Shown here piece after piece: positions 18,963-28,643 of a DNA stretch of 64,000 nt (position 1 is its first letter; each line of letters opens with the position of its first letter). A program made the position numbers and the translations under genes. This stretch comes from Phycisphaerales bacterium. GTDB lineage: Bacteria > Planctomycetota > Phycisphaerae > Phycisphaerales > UBA1924. The notes below the pieces were generated by a model. That model saw nothing but the letters and a program-made list of their open reading frames with translations, made no database searches and was not told where the DNA came from. The stretch is taken from contig JAIEOW010000045.1 of NCBI GenBank assembly GCA_019750095.1, forward strand, positions 1 to 64,000, in the 5' to 3' direction.

Positions 18963-20762
18963 ATGTCCATGTCGGCTCCCCTGCTTCTTCCCACGCCCAT
19001 GCATGTTGAGTTCACGGGCGAGCGCGTCGCGCTTCCAGCGGTGCCGACGCGGGAGAGCTTGCCGTTCTCTGTTGAGAATCAGAAGCACTCGGACTCTCCG
19101 GAGGCGTACACGCTCCGCATCGGTCGGCATCCAGAATCGATCCAGGCCACGGGCAACACGCCGAAGGGAGAGCGGCACGCTCGGGCGACGCTGGACCAGC
19201 TCATTCGGCAGTACGGCACAACTCTGCCTGTGGGCGAGGTGCGAGACGCTCCGTCGTTCGCCGTGCGCGGGCTGATGCTGGATGTTTCGCGGGACAAGGT
19301 GCCGACGATGGCGCAGCTCACCGATCTGGTGGTGCTGATGAGCGCGTTGAAGTTCAACCACTTGCAGTTGTACACCGAGCACACTTTCGCATATGCGGGT
19401 CATGAAGATGCGTGGCGGGATGCGTCGCCGATCACGCCGTCGGAGGCCCGGTGGCTGAGTCAGTTGTGCGCGGGGTTCGGGATCGAGCTGTGCCCGAATC
19501 AGAACTGCTTCGGGCATCTGGCGCACTGGCTGAAGCAGCCGAGGTATGAGCATCTCTCCGAGATCGAGGGTGACGGCGTGTGGAAGTTCCTGCACTGGGA
19601 GCGGCGCGGACCTTTCTCACTCTGCCCGACGGAGCCCAGATCGCTCGATTTTGTCTCTGATCTGCTGCACCAGCTCACGCCGAACTTTCCGCACTCAAAG
19701 AGCGTGAACATCGGGTGCGATGAGACGTTTGATGTCGGCTTCGGGCGTTCGCTCGCGGCGGTAAAGAAGCGGGCCGCGGAGTTGGTGGCCAGCGGTTCAA
19801 CAGAGGCAACCGCGGAGTCCGCGGCACGGGCCGAGCTGTACACCGACTTTGTCTGTTCGATCGCCAGGGTCTGCAACGATTTGGATCGACGCCCCATGAT
19901 GTGGGCCGACATCGCGCTCTCGCACCCGGAACAACTCGCTCGGCTACCCAAGAACATGCTCGGCCTCGCGTGGTGGTACGAGCCCACCGAGAAGTTTGAG
20001 CAGTGGGTCACGCTCTTGCGCAACGCCGGGCTGGAAGCGTGGGTCTGTCCGGGCACATCGAGCTGGCGGAGCATCACGGGTCGCACAACAGAGCGACGTG
20101 GCAACCTCGCCGACGCGGCCGAGCAGGGCCTGCGTGCCGGTGCCTCGGGCTATCTCGCATGCGATTGGGGAGATTTGGGCCATCGCCAGCAATGGCCAAT
20201 CACGCTGATGGGGATCGCGCACGCGGCTCATGCCGCGTGGAACGCCCCCGCGGCCCGCAGCTTCGACGCACAAGCGGCTTCGCTTCACGTGCTGGCGGAC
20301 CCAACGCTCACACTCGGCCCGTGGCTGGAAGAACTTGGCGATGCGGACTTGCCCATTCGCCAGGCGGTGAAGCTCACCAACGCCACGGCACTCTTCAACG
20401 ACCTGCACCCGCCGGTGCCCGCCGCGCTCAAGCCGGGAGAGCGGTGCATCAAGGCGGACGTGCCTCTGTGGACCACCGTGCGTGCTCGGCTGGGTGAACT
20501 GGAGTCGGCAACCATCGCTTCGACGGACGCACGCATCGCGGCGGAGTGCCAGCACGCGCTCACCGAAGCCGTCTTCGCGTGCGACCACGCGATGATCATG
20601 CGCAAACCCCACCCAACCACCGTAGAGCGAGCGGAGCTTGCGGCCCGGTGTGCCCGCATCCGCACTGATCACGAGAAGCTGTGGCTCATGCGCAATCGCC
20701 CGGGCGGGCTCGCCCATGCGAGTTCCTACTACGACGCGCTGTGCACCGCACTCAGCGTTTGA
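18963..20762 (+). CDS. Glycoside hydrolase family 20-like beta-N-acetylhexosaminidase
   Basis: GH20 catalytic-domain signatures RGLMLDVSRD and NIGCDETFDVG; start at MSMSAPLL, 6 bp after the preceding stop. Confidence 0.65.
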   Translation: MSMSAPLLLPTPMHVEFTGERVALPAVPTRESLPFSVENQKHSDSPEAYTLRIGRHPESIQATGNTPKGERHARATLDQLIRQYGTTLPVGEVRDAPSFAVRGLMLDVSRDKVPTMAQLTDLVVLMSALKFNHLQLYTEHTFAYAGHEDAWRDASPITPSEARWLSQLCAGFGIELCPNQNCFGHLAHWLKQPRYEHLSEIEGDGVWKFLHWERRGPFSLCPTEPRSLDFVSDLLHQLTPNFPHSKSVNIGCDETFDVGFGRSLAAVKKRAAELVASGSTEATAESAARAELYTDFVCSIARVCNDLDRRPMMWADIALSHPEQLARLPKNMLGLAWWYEPTEKFEQWVTLLRNAGLEAWVCPGTSSWRSITGRTTERRGNLADAAEQGLRAGASGYLACDWGDLGHRQQWPITLMGIAHAAHAAWNAPAARSFDAQAASLHVLADPTLTLGPWLEELGDADLPIRQAVKLTNATALFNDLHPPVPAALKPGERCIKADVPLWTTVRARLGELESATIASTDARIAAECQHALTEAVFACDHAMIMRKPHPTTVERAELAARCARIRTDHEKLWLMRNRPGGLAHASSYYDALCTALSV

Positions 20763-20808
20763 AACACGGGGCGAGACACGCCCCGCCCCGCGGCCTGCAC
20801 GAACAAAT

Positions 20809-20845
20809 GGAGGCGAGCCAATCGCTCGCCTCCTTCTCGTTTTCG
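20809..20845 (+). terminator. Intrinsic terminator (convergent intergenic region)
   Basis: GGAGGCGAGC-caat-GCTCGCCTCC followed by TTCTCGTTTTCG. Confidence 0.5.
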
Positions 20846-20876
20846 CTTCTGGATTATGGTCTTCCGGACCGCCCGC

Positions 20877-21944
20877 TCAGCCCTTGGCGATCGCCAGCCG
20901 CATCTCGTCGAGCACGCTCTTGGCAAGCCCGGCCTCCTCGGCTTTCTTCAGCAGCTTTTTCGCGATGTCCAGGCGACCCTCGCTCTGGGCCAGCACGCAC
21001 GCGACGAAGTACGCGCTCGCAGTCTTCGTGCGATTGGCCATCGCCATCACCTTGGTGAACCGGGCACGGTGGGTCATCTCGCCGCCAGCCAGAATCTCCG
21101 TTTCGATCGGCGTCCGCGCCAACATGGGCTGATCCAGATAGGCCTGCATCACCACGGCGACCGCCTGCTCGGTCTTGCGCTGCTCCAGCAGCGCAACACC
21201 CAGCAGCCGTTTGGCCCCGGCATCGTCGGGTTCCGCGGCCAGGTGCGCTTCCAGCCGATCCACGGCCCGATCGGCATCACCTGTGTACAGCGACCACTCG
21301 GCACGCTCAACCAGCGTCAGTTCACGCTGCGGCTGCTGAACCGGTTGCCCGCTTGACGCGAGCAAACGCGGATCCGGCGTATACACACGCTCAGGGCCGA
21401 TGGTCTGGTACGACGTCCAGTACCCGGGCCAATACCACCCGTTGGTGTAGTACCAGTACGGAGATTGGTGTCGGCCATACCGATAGCCGGCCCGCACGCC
21501 GAGACGGAATCCGTCCCGAAAATCATCGGTGATCACGCCGCCGCTGATCGTGGTTCCGATGCCGTTCTGATTGATCTGCACGCCATCGTTGATCACCACA
21601 TCGCGCGTCGGGCGCACAAGTGAACTCTGTGTGTTGTCGCCCACGGGGCGAATGATCGGCCTTGGCACAAACACGTCGCCGGTGCGTGGCGGCGGAGTCT
21701 TCAGCCGCGTGCGCCAGGAACCATCGCCGCCGAAGGACCGGATGCTGGGCATCTGGGCCGGGACGCCTTGGATCGGGCTCGAGGGTGCCGGGCGGAAAGA
21801 CGTGGGCTGGGCCAGCGCGGGTGCCGGCACTGGGGGTGGCGTTGCCCCCCCACCACTCCCCGTGGCCTGACCAATCGCCCCGGAGGCCATACCAACCACC
21901 CCTGCAAGCATCCAAGCCGCGCGTCGCGATTCGTGCATGTTCAT
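20877..21944 (-). CDS. Hypothetical secreted protein with C-terminal TPR-like helices
   Basis: Signal-peptide-like N-terminus, a Gly/Pro-rich segment, an aromatic-rich segment (YWYYTNGWYWPGYW), and a helical C-terminus; no family recognised. Confidence 0.4.
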   Translation of the reverse strand: MNMHESRRAAWMLAGVVGMASGAIGQATGSGGGATPPPVPAPALAQPTSFRPAPSSPIQGVPAQMPSIRSFGGDGSWRTRLKTPPPRTGDVFVPRPIIRPVGDNTQSSLVRPTRDVVINDGVQINQNGIGTTISGGVITDDFRDGFRLGVRAGYRYGRHQSPYWYYTNGWYWPGYWTSYQTIGPERVYTPDPRLLASSGQPVQQPQRELTLVERAEWSLYTGDADRAVDRLEAHLAAEPDDAGAKRLLGVALLEQRKTEQAVAVVMQAYLDQPMLARTPIETEILAGGEMTHRARFTKVMAMANRTKTASAYFVACVLAQSEGRLDIAKKLLKKAEEAGLAKSVLDEMRLAIAKG

Positions 21945-22087
21945 GGTCCTACTCCGCGTCGTTTGTGGACTCGTCACCGCAGATTCATCATACGTAAGCC
22001 ACGCTCATCGGCTCCCACCCCGGTCCGGAACACCCTTCCCCTTTACAAACATCCGACAAACTGGCAAGACCCCGATACACTCACGCC

Positions 22088-22768
22088 ATGCTTGTTCTGA
22101 AGCCTGATGAGTGCCGCGTGCTTGGCGTACTGATCGAAAAGGCCCAGTCCACGCCTCAGCAGTATCCGCTCACATTGAACGCCTTGGTCAGCGGCTGCAA
22201 CCAGAAGAACAACCGCCTTCCCGTGGTCGAATGGGACGAAGAGCGGGTGTATGACGCGATCGACACACTCCGCGCTAAGCGGCTGGTGAACGAGGTGAAC
22301 CTGACGGGCAGCCGGGTGCCGAAGTTCAAGCACAACGCTCGCGAGACGCTCTCGGTTGACACACCACAACTGGTGATTCTGGCGGAGTTGTTGCTGCGCG
22401 GGCCGCAGACGTTGGGCGAGTTGCGGACCAATGCCTCGCGGATGCATCCGCTGGAATCGCTCGATGTGGTGCAGAGCACGCTGCAGACGCTGATGGCCCC
22501 ACAACGCACCGAACCGCTGGTTCAGGAGCTTCCTCCGCCACCGGGCTCTCGGGCCAAGTTGTTTGTGCAACTGATCTGCCCGGGTCTGCACGCGATTCCG
22601 AGCATGTCGCCGGACGAGGCGGGCCACGCCGAGCCCCGACACGCGGCTCAGGCCGCCGACCCATCGTTGATCGAGCGGGTCACCCGGCTGGAGGCCGAGA
22701 ACGAGCGATTGCGCTCCGCGATCGCCGCCCTCGCCGACTCGGCCGGGCTCCCGAACCCTTTGGGCTGA
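22088..22768 (+). CDS. YceH/DUF480 (UPF0502) family protein
   Basis: N-terminus LKPDECRVLGVLIEKAQSTPQQYPLTLNALVSGCNQKNNR closely matches the YceH family consensus. Confidence 0.75.
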   Translation: MLVLKPDECRVLGVLIEKAQSTPQQYPLTLNALVSGCNQKNNRLPVVEWDEERVYDAIDTLRAKRLVNEVNLTGSRVPKFKHNARETLSVDTPQLVILAELLLRGPQTLGELRTNASRMHPLESLDVVQSTLQTLMAPQRTEPLVQELPPPPGSRAKLFVQLICPGLHAIPSMSPDEAGHAEPRHAAQAADPSLIERVTRLEAENERLRSAIAALADSAGLPNPLG

Positions 22769-22789
22769 AAACCCGGTACGCTTGCTCCC

Positions 22790-23527
22790 ATGATGCACCG
22801 TCTGGTTGTCGGTCTGCTCGCTCTCACCACCCTGGCACTGCCCGGGTGCGCACTGTTTCGCTCTGAACCCGGCGGAGTGCTGACGGCCGTCAGCACCGAT
22901 GGGTCGCGCGAGCTCGCCCCAACTTTCACCACCGCCGCATATTCGTTCACCGATGAGAACACCGCCGAGGTCTTCCTGACCGACCTGCCGCGGGAGCGGA
23001 TCGAGGACCCGCGCGACATGTTGGGAACCGCGCAGGGAGTCATCCTGCATCTGCACATCTTCCTGGACCCATCGCCCGGTGACACCCCGATCGACGCCAC
23101 TGCGTGCAACGTGACGATTCGCCAGCTTGTCGTCACTGGAACGACGGGCGAGACCGGCACAGTCTCACCCACCATGGGCCTTTACGCCGGCGGCGGGTTC
23201 GTGCTGCTTCGCGGCTCGATCGGGGATGCGTCGATCACCGGCTCGATGACCGGCGGTTCTTATCGGCTGACCCGTTCCACCCCGGGCTTTGCCGATCGCC
23301 TCGGCGCGGGCAAGATCGCAGGTCGATTCTCAGCGACCCAGGACCCCGATCTCGCCCGCTCGCTCTCGGCTCGATTTGAATCGCTCGTGCGCAAGATGCC
23401 CGCTCCGGTGATGGAGCCCGATCCGACGATCAAGCCGATGCCGATTCGCGTGAAGCCGCCGGGGGGTGGTGGTGGAAGCGGTCGCAGTTCCGGATCAGGT
23501 GCGACCCCTCCACCAAAGTCGCCCTAA
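22790..23527 (+). CDS. Hypothetical lipoprotein
   Basis: Signal peptide with lipobox LALPGC; no recognisable domain. Confidence 0.4.
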   Translation: MMHRLVVGLLALTTLALPGCALFRSEPGGVLTAVSTDGSRELAPTFTTAAYSFTDENTAEVFLTDLPRERIEDPRDMLGTAQGVILHLHIFLDPSPGDTPIDATACNVTIRQLVVTGTTGETGTVSPTMGLYAGGGFVLLRGSIGDASITGSMTGGSYRLTRSTPGFADRLGAGKIAGRFSATQDPDLARSLSARFESLVRKMPAPVMEPDPTIKPMPIRVKPPGGGGGSGRSSGSGATPPPKSP

Positions 23528-23545
23528 AATGCTTCGGAGGTTCGC

Positions 23546-23851
23546 TTGCCGCGCAAGACCCGTCGAACAACCCTGGCCCAACTTCGCAAGGTCTTGGCGA
23601 AAGACCCCGGATCGCTGTCACAGGTCAAGGAGCCGATCCGTGTCTCCATCCGAGGTCGAGACGCGGTCGTGATTGTCGACGCGCAGGAGTATGACCGACT
23701 TCGTGCTCGAGAAGACCGTGAGATCGACGCTGCGGTCCGCCGTGGCGAGCGCGAGGCCGAGCTTGGCCTGGGGCGACCTTGGAAGGAGGTTCGAAAGGAC
23801 TTCGTCGATGGTGTGCCCTTGATCAAATCCAAGCGGAGGCGATCGGCCTAA
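23546..23851 (+). CDS. Type II antitoxin, Phd/YefM-like
   Basis: PIRVSIRGRDAVVIVDAQEYDRL fits the Phd/YefM fold; located directly upstream of a ParE/RelE-like toxin. Confidence 0.5.
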   Translation: MPRKTRRTTLAQLRKVLAKDPGSLSQVKEPIRVSIRGRDAVVIVDAQEYDRLRAREDREIDAAVRRGEREAELGLGRPWKEVRKDFVDGVPLIKSKRRRSA

Positions 23852-23871
23852 CTGGGGGCTCGTGCTCATTC

Positions 23872-24180
23872 ATGCCAGTCAGATTTCGAGTCACTGTTTT
23901 CTCACAGGCCACTGAAGACCTTCAGGCGATTTCGGAGTACATCGCAATCGCTTCGCCTCTGAACGCGCGGCGTATGCGACAACGCCTCGCTGATGCGATC
24001 GATGCGCTGGAGTTCATGCCGGCGATCCATCCAGTTGCCCCCGAAAAGGACCCGAAACGACGCCTCCTCCGCAACGCGCTGGTTGGTCCATACCGGATTG
24101 TCTTTGCTGTGGTTGGTCGCGAGGTGCGTGTGTACACCATTCGCCATACCGCTCAACGTCCTCTCCGCCGCCTCCCCTAA
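23872..24180 (+). CDS. Type II toxin, RelE/ParE family
   Basis: C-terminal YRIVFAVVGREVRVYTIRHTAQRP is typical of ParE/RelE; about 100 aa. Confidence 0.6.
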   Translation: MPVRFRVTVFSQATEDLQAISEYIAIASPLNARRMRQRLADAIDALEFMPAIHPVAPEKDPKRRLLRNALVGPYRIVFAVVGREVRVYTIRHTAQRPLRRLP

Positions 24181-24196
24181 CCAATCATGCTGGCGT

Positions 24197-25330
24197 TCAC
24201 CCTCCGCGTTTCCACCACGCCTCGACAACACTCTCCGCAGCCCCGCGATAGAGCACGCGCAGATGCTCGTCGCTCAGCCCGATCCCGCGCAGCTTCGGCG
24301 CGCTCATGGCGTCAAACTTCGTCGGCTGCACCATCATCAGATCCGGGTCGGCGATCGGTGAGTCCATGTCCACGCCTGTTTCGAACATCGCCCGCAAAGC
24401 CCAGTAGCGGCTCGCATACAGATCCAGCGCGCTCTCCGGGCTGTCGGCGAGGTCGGCCATGGGCGACTGGCTGGTCTTCTGCGGCTTCAGGTGGTCTTCT
24501 TGCACCACGATGTCCGAGCCGAAGAGCAGCCGCCCGCTCCACTTCTCAAAGAACGCTCGCACCGCGCTGGCATCGTGCTCGCCGAGCGCTCGAACCACCC
24601 ACTTGGTCGCGCTCGTATCCAGATACAGGTTTGGATGGCGTGTCAGCAACCCATCGAGAAATCCAAGGTCCTCCGGCCACCCGCCCATATGGGCGGCGAT
24701 CCAAGGGTTGGTAAACCGATCCAGCATCCGCTCAAGCCCCGCATACTGCTCGAGCTTGGTGCCGAAGCGCTTCGGGTCGTTGTACTTGGTCTGGAACCAC
24801 GTGTCCGGATCGGCGATGTGGATCATGTACATCATCCCGAGCCGCTCGCCCACCTCGCAGGCGCGGATGCGCCACGGCGCATCCACCTCGGCAAGATCGG
24901 TCGCGCCATAGGGAAGAGCGGCGATCTCGGGGATGATCTCGCGCAGCCGCGGGCTCGCCCAGAGTTTCAGCATCCGGGCATCGTGCTTATCCCGAAACTC
25001 TTCGATCACGCGGATGTACCCGTCGCGAAACGCCTGATAGCGACTCGTCGCCATGAAGGTCGGAAACGCGATGAATCGCACGCTCGAACCCATTTCCTGC
25101 CGAACCGTGTCGCAGTTGGGCAACTGCGTCATCGTGTACGTGCGCTCGATGCCGAACATCGCGCGGACTTTCGCGTACACGCGGCAGGTCTCGGCACCGT
25201 TCAGGTGGGCGTGGGCGTCAATGATCGGACAGACCGGTTTCCCCAGCGCGGTCGCGGCGCGCCCATAATCCCAGGCGTACCTGTTGCACGCCCGCCGCAC
25301 TCCGCTGCCATTCAGACCGTCAAGCCGCAT
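24197..25330 (-). CDS. Amidohydrolase-family (TIM-barrel metal-dependent hydrolase) protein
   Basis: IIDAHAHL metal-binding motif near the N-terminus; 377 aa. Confidence 0.6.
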   Translation of the reverse strand: MRLDGLNGSGVRRACNRYAWDYGRAATALGKPVCPIIDAHAHLNGAETCRVYAKVRAMFGIERTYTMTQLPNCDTVRQEMGSSVRFIAFPTFMATSRYQAFRDGYIRVIEEFRDKHDARMLKLWASPRLREIIPEIAALPYGATDLAEVDAPWRIRACEVGERLGMMYMIHIADPDTWFQTKYNDPKRFGTKLEQYAGLERMLDRFTNPWIAAHMGGWPEDLGFLDGLLTRHPNLYLDTSATKWVVRALGEHDASAVRAFFEKWSGRLLFGSDIVVQEDHLKPQKTSQSPMADLADSPESALDLYASRYWALRAMFETGVDMDSPIADPDLMMVQPTKFDAMSAPKLRGIGLSDEHLRVLYRGAAESVVEAWWKRGG

Positions 25331-26648
25331 CGGAGAGACTATAGACGCTCATCGATCCATCTCCGACCTCGACCCTCCCGCTCCGCCACCTCCAGCCGCG
25401 CCGACCCAGCCAGAGTTGGACAAAGCCGATCCCGCGGATCTTCCGCTTCTGTCCACGAAGACGGATGTGCGGGTGGTGCTGGCCCACGACTGGCTTGTCG
25501 GCTATCGCGGCGGAGAAGCCGTGCTCGATGCAATCGCCCGGGCGCTTGGTCCACGATGCAGGATTGTCGCGCTGCTCACCATGTTTGATGATGGTCGGCC
25601 GCTGACCCCGGCCATCGATGCGATCCCGAAGCGCACCTCGTTTCTGAATCGTCTCCCGGGCAAAGACGCGATGCGCCGCTGGCTGCTCCCGCTCTATCCG
25701 CGTGCGGTGGAGGGGCTTTCACGCACGCTCGCGGCGATCCACGCCCGCGAACGGATCGACCTGCTCGTCTCGACATCTTCCGCGGCGATCAAAGGGCTCA
25801 AGCCGCCGCCGGGTGTGCTTCATGTCTGCTACTGCCACTCACCGGCGCGATACCTCTGGTCGCAAGCCGACGAGTATGCACTGGGGCGTGCCGGCATGCT
25901 GCGATCGCTGGGGCTCACACTCTTCGGGTCGAATCTCCGTGCGTGGGATCGCGCAACCGCCGCGCATGTGCATCGGTTCATTGCCAACTCCACCCACACC
26001 GCACGGCTGATCAAGTCGGCGTATGACCGCGATGCGGACGTGCTCTTTCCGCCGGTGCGTACCGAGTATTTCACTCCCCCGCCGCCCGTTGGTCCCGCCG
26101 CGCCGCGCGCCAACTGGCTGTTCGTCGGCGCGCTGGAGCCGTATAAACGCGTTGATCTGGCCATCGCCGCGGCGCGTCTCGCAAATGTCGATCTCACGAT
26201 CATCGGCGATGGCTCGATGCGGGCCGATGTCGAACGAGCGCGCGCTGAGCAGTCCGGTTCATCCGCGACGATTCGATATCTGGGCCGCGTATCGGACGCG
26301 GAACTGCGCGAGGCCTATTGCTCGCACCGCGTGCTGCTGTTTCCGCAGGTTGAGGACTTCGGCATCGTCGCCGCCGAGGCCATCGCCTGCGGCCTTCCCG
26401 TCGTGGCACGCCGCGCGGGCGGAGCGCTCGACATCGTGCAGGATCAGCACACCGGCCGATTCATCGCCGAGCCCGCCACGCCCGCGGGCATCGCCGAAGC
26501 CGCCAATCTGGCCTCGAAGATCGATCGGCCCGACAACTTTCGGGCCTCCGCGGAACGCTTCACAGATCGCGCATTCGAACTCGGCCTGCTCGCCGCAATT
26601 CGTCGCGCCGGGGGCACGAAGAGCGGCGGCCCTAGCCCTGCGGCTTAA
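25284..26648 (+). CDS. Glycosyltransferase family 4 (GT-B)
   Basis: RVVLAHDWLVGYRGGE N-terminal domain and EDFGIVAAEAIACGLPVVARRAGGALDIV C-terminal motif; the true start may be the in-frame GTG at 25467 (the maximal ORF overlaps the convergent amidohydrolase). Confidence 0.75.
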   Translation: MHARRTPLPFRPSSRIGETIDAHRSISDLDPPAPPPPAAPTQPELDKADPADLPLLSTKTDVRVVLAHDWLVGYRGGEAVLDAIARALGPRCRIVALLTMFDDGRPLTPAIDAIPKRTSFLNRLPGKDAMRRWLLPLYPRAVEGLSRTLAAIHARERIDLLVSTSSAAIKGLKPPPGVLHVCYCHSPARYLWSQADEYALGRAGMLRSLGLTLFGSNLRAWDRATAAHVHRFIANSTHTARLIKSAYDRDADVLFPPVRTEYFTPPPPVGPAAPRANWLFVGALEPYKRVDLAIAAARLANVDLTIIGDGSMRADVERARAEQSGSSATIRYLGRVSDAELREAYCSHRVLLFPQVEDFGIVAAEAIACGLPVVARRAGGALDIVQDQHTGRFIAEPATPAGIAEAANLASKIDRPDNFRASAERFTDRAFELGLLAAIRRAGGTKSGGPSPAA

Positions 26649-26738
26649 AGTGCGGCATTTGCTGCTCACGGCCTCCGAGGCAACACCGCCTGTGAGCGCA
26701 TCACGGCCCGCCCCCTGCACCACGAAATGCACGCGGAC

Positions 26739-27440
26739 TCACTGCGCAAACGCACCGGGTGTGGAGTCTTCGCCGGGTCTGTTCGACGGAGCGATCGCGC
26801 TGTAAGGGGCAGATCCCCCAGCCGATTCGGGTACGGTGACCCGCGCGTTCAGCACCATCCCGACATAGATCTCATGGTCGCTCTCCAAATCCATGTGCCG
26901 AATCACCTGGCAATCCAGCACCATGGACGAGCGCTTCAGGATCGGCGAACCGGTGACGAGCGTCATCGTTTCCAGTGTGTCAAACGGATCGGCGGTCGAG
27001 GGTGCGGTCAACCCGCCGTCGTCCTCGGCGAACTTGCGCATCAGCAACCGATTCCCGCGATCCACCGCGCACAGCGCAAACGCTCGGCTGTCCCGGATCA
27101 GCGTCGCCAATCGCTGCCCGATCGGCACCGCCACACACACGCACACCGGCGACCCCGAGCATCGCATCACTCGGCTCACCAGAATGCCCGAGCGACGATT
27201 CTCAAACCCCGACGTCATCAGACACGAGGACGTTGGCAGCATGCCAACCGCTCGCTCGATATCAGGGATCGCCTCTGGCACGATCTGCAGCACTCGATCA
27301 CGCTCGCGTTCACGATCTGAACGATCCTGGCGGCGCGGGCGGCGACTCGCGCCCGGCCCTTCAAGCCCGGCGTCGCGTCCAAACTCCCGGGCTGGTCCCC
27401 ACGTGGCCATGACGCCTCCTGAACAACCCGAGTCTAACAC
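26739..27440 (-). CDS. Flavin reductase-like FMN-binding domain protein
   Basis: Pattern LPTSSCLMTSGFEN...GILVSRVMRCSGSPVCVCVAV...AFALCAVD...IYVGMVL is consistent with PF01613; start uncertain. Confidence 0.45.
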   Translation of the reverse strand: MLDSGCSGGVMATWGPAREFGRDAGLEGPGASRRPRRQDRSDRERERDRVLQIVPEAIPDIERAVGMLPTSSCLMTSGFENRRSGILVSRVMRCSGSPVCVCVAVPIGQRLATLIRDSRAFALCAVDRGNRLLMRKFAEDDGGLTAPSTADPFDTLETMTLVTGSPILKRSSMVLDCQVIRHMDLESDHEIYVGMVLNARVTVPESAGGSAPYSAIAPSNRPGEDSTPGAFAQ

Positions 27441-27554
27441 CTAAATCCGGGGAATGCCTGAACTTGCGCGTTTCTGGCCGAGCCTTTGCGCTTCCGGACC
27501 TTTGTCCACAGGCCATCCACTTTCATGAAATTTTGAGTGAATAACCCCATGCAG

Positions 27555-27574
27555 TGTTGCATTATGGGGCAAAG
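27555..27574 (+). promoter_or_regulatory. Putative MraZ operator (direct TGGGG repeats with 10-bp periodicity) in the mraZ promoter
   Basis: TATGGGGCAAAGTGGGGCAT lies about 40 bp upstream of mraZ; MraZ proteins bind spaced GTGGG direct repeats. Confidence 0.35.
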
Positions 27575-27611
27575 TGGGGCATAATCCCATCAACCGCTGC
27601 GAGGTTCTCCC

Positions 27612-28079
27612 GTGCTCTTCACCGGCTATTCCGAGCACACCATCGACGGGAAGCAGCGATTGGCTGTTCCGGCCAAGTACCGCAATCTGTGGTCCAAGGA
27701 GCGTGACGGCACGGCTTGGATCTGCATCCCCTGGCCTACAGGGCATCTTCGGCTCTACACCGAGAACTACTTCAACACCGTCGGCGAATCCGGCACGCTG
27801 ACACTCACCCCCGACCGCGACACCGCCGAGCTGGAATCACGCCTGTTCTCGCTGGCCGAACGACTGGAAATGGACTCTGCCGGGCGCATCAGCATTCCGA
27901 AGCATCATCAGGAGCTTGCCAACTTGAAGTCAGAGGCCGCCGTGATCGGCGCCCGCAACCGCCTTGAAGTGCACGACCTGACCCGCTGGAAGGCGGGAAT
28001 GACGCAGGGCTTCCAGGCGATGCAAGAACTGGTGGAACGCGTGCAGCAGCGTTCGCCGAATCGCCCGGGGCTTGCGTAA
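27612..28079 (+). CDS. mraZ: Transcriptional regulator MraZ
   Basis: Two MraZ/SpoVT-AbrB-type halves; DGKQRLAVPAKYR and AGRISIPKHH motifs. Confidence 0.85.
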   Translation: MLFTGYSEHTIDGKQRLAVPAKYRNLWSKERDGTAWICIPWPTGHLRLYTENYFNTVGESGTLTLTPDRDTAELESRLFSLAERLEMDSAGRISIPKHHQELANLKSEAAVIGARNRLEVHDLTRWKAGMTQGFQAMQELVERVQQRSPNRPGLA

Positions 28080-28377
28080 GTCGCCTCGCGGAGAGCACTC
28101 CCCCACTTTGCCCGGAGACGGGCCAGAACCGTGGGATTGACAATCTGAGACCCTGTCCTTTGATGGACCATTTGTACCGCTGAGAGGCCATCGGCGACCG
28201 CGTGCGAACGGACTCGCGGCCCGACCCCCGGCGGCGTTTTTCAGGCCGCCTCGCGTGCAAGGACGCATGCGAGTCACGGACGCACGGCTACGGACGGCCG
28301 AAGCGTGGCCTGAGTGAGAGTGAACGCCGCTGAACGGACCAATCACGCCCCGCCCGAGGGCCTTTTCAGCACGAAGC

Positions 28378-28411
28378 GCTCGGCCGACCCGCCACCGGCC
28401 GAGCGTTTTTT
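28378..28411 (+). terminator. Intrinsic terminator inside the mraZ-otsA intergenic region
   Basis: GCTCGGCCG-acccgccac-CGGCCGAGC followed by GTTTTTTCTT. Confidence 0.6.
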
Positions 28412-28643
28412 CTTGCGCGGGCAAGCCTCTCCGCAACTCCTTCGATCATTATGGGTAGACGTTTAGGGAGAACCCACGCCCGGCGGTTGCGGGTTGCGCG
28501 GCTGTCGGCGTGTCGTGTGAAATGCCGGGCTGGCCCGAGAGCATTTCCAGTTGTGGCGGTCGATGCACGGAGGTGTTGTCGGCGACACGCGAGAGATCTG
28601 ATTGAGGGCATCTCTGCGACGAGTGTCACTCTCGAAAGGATTC

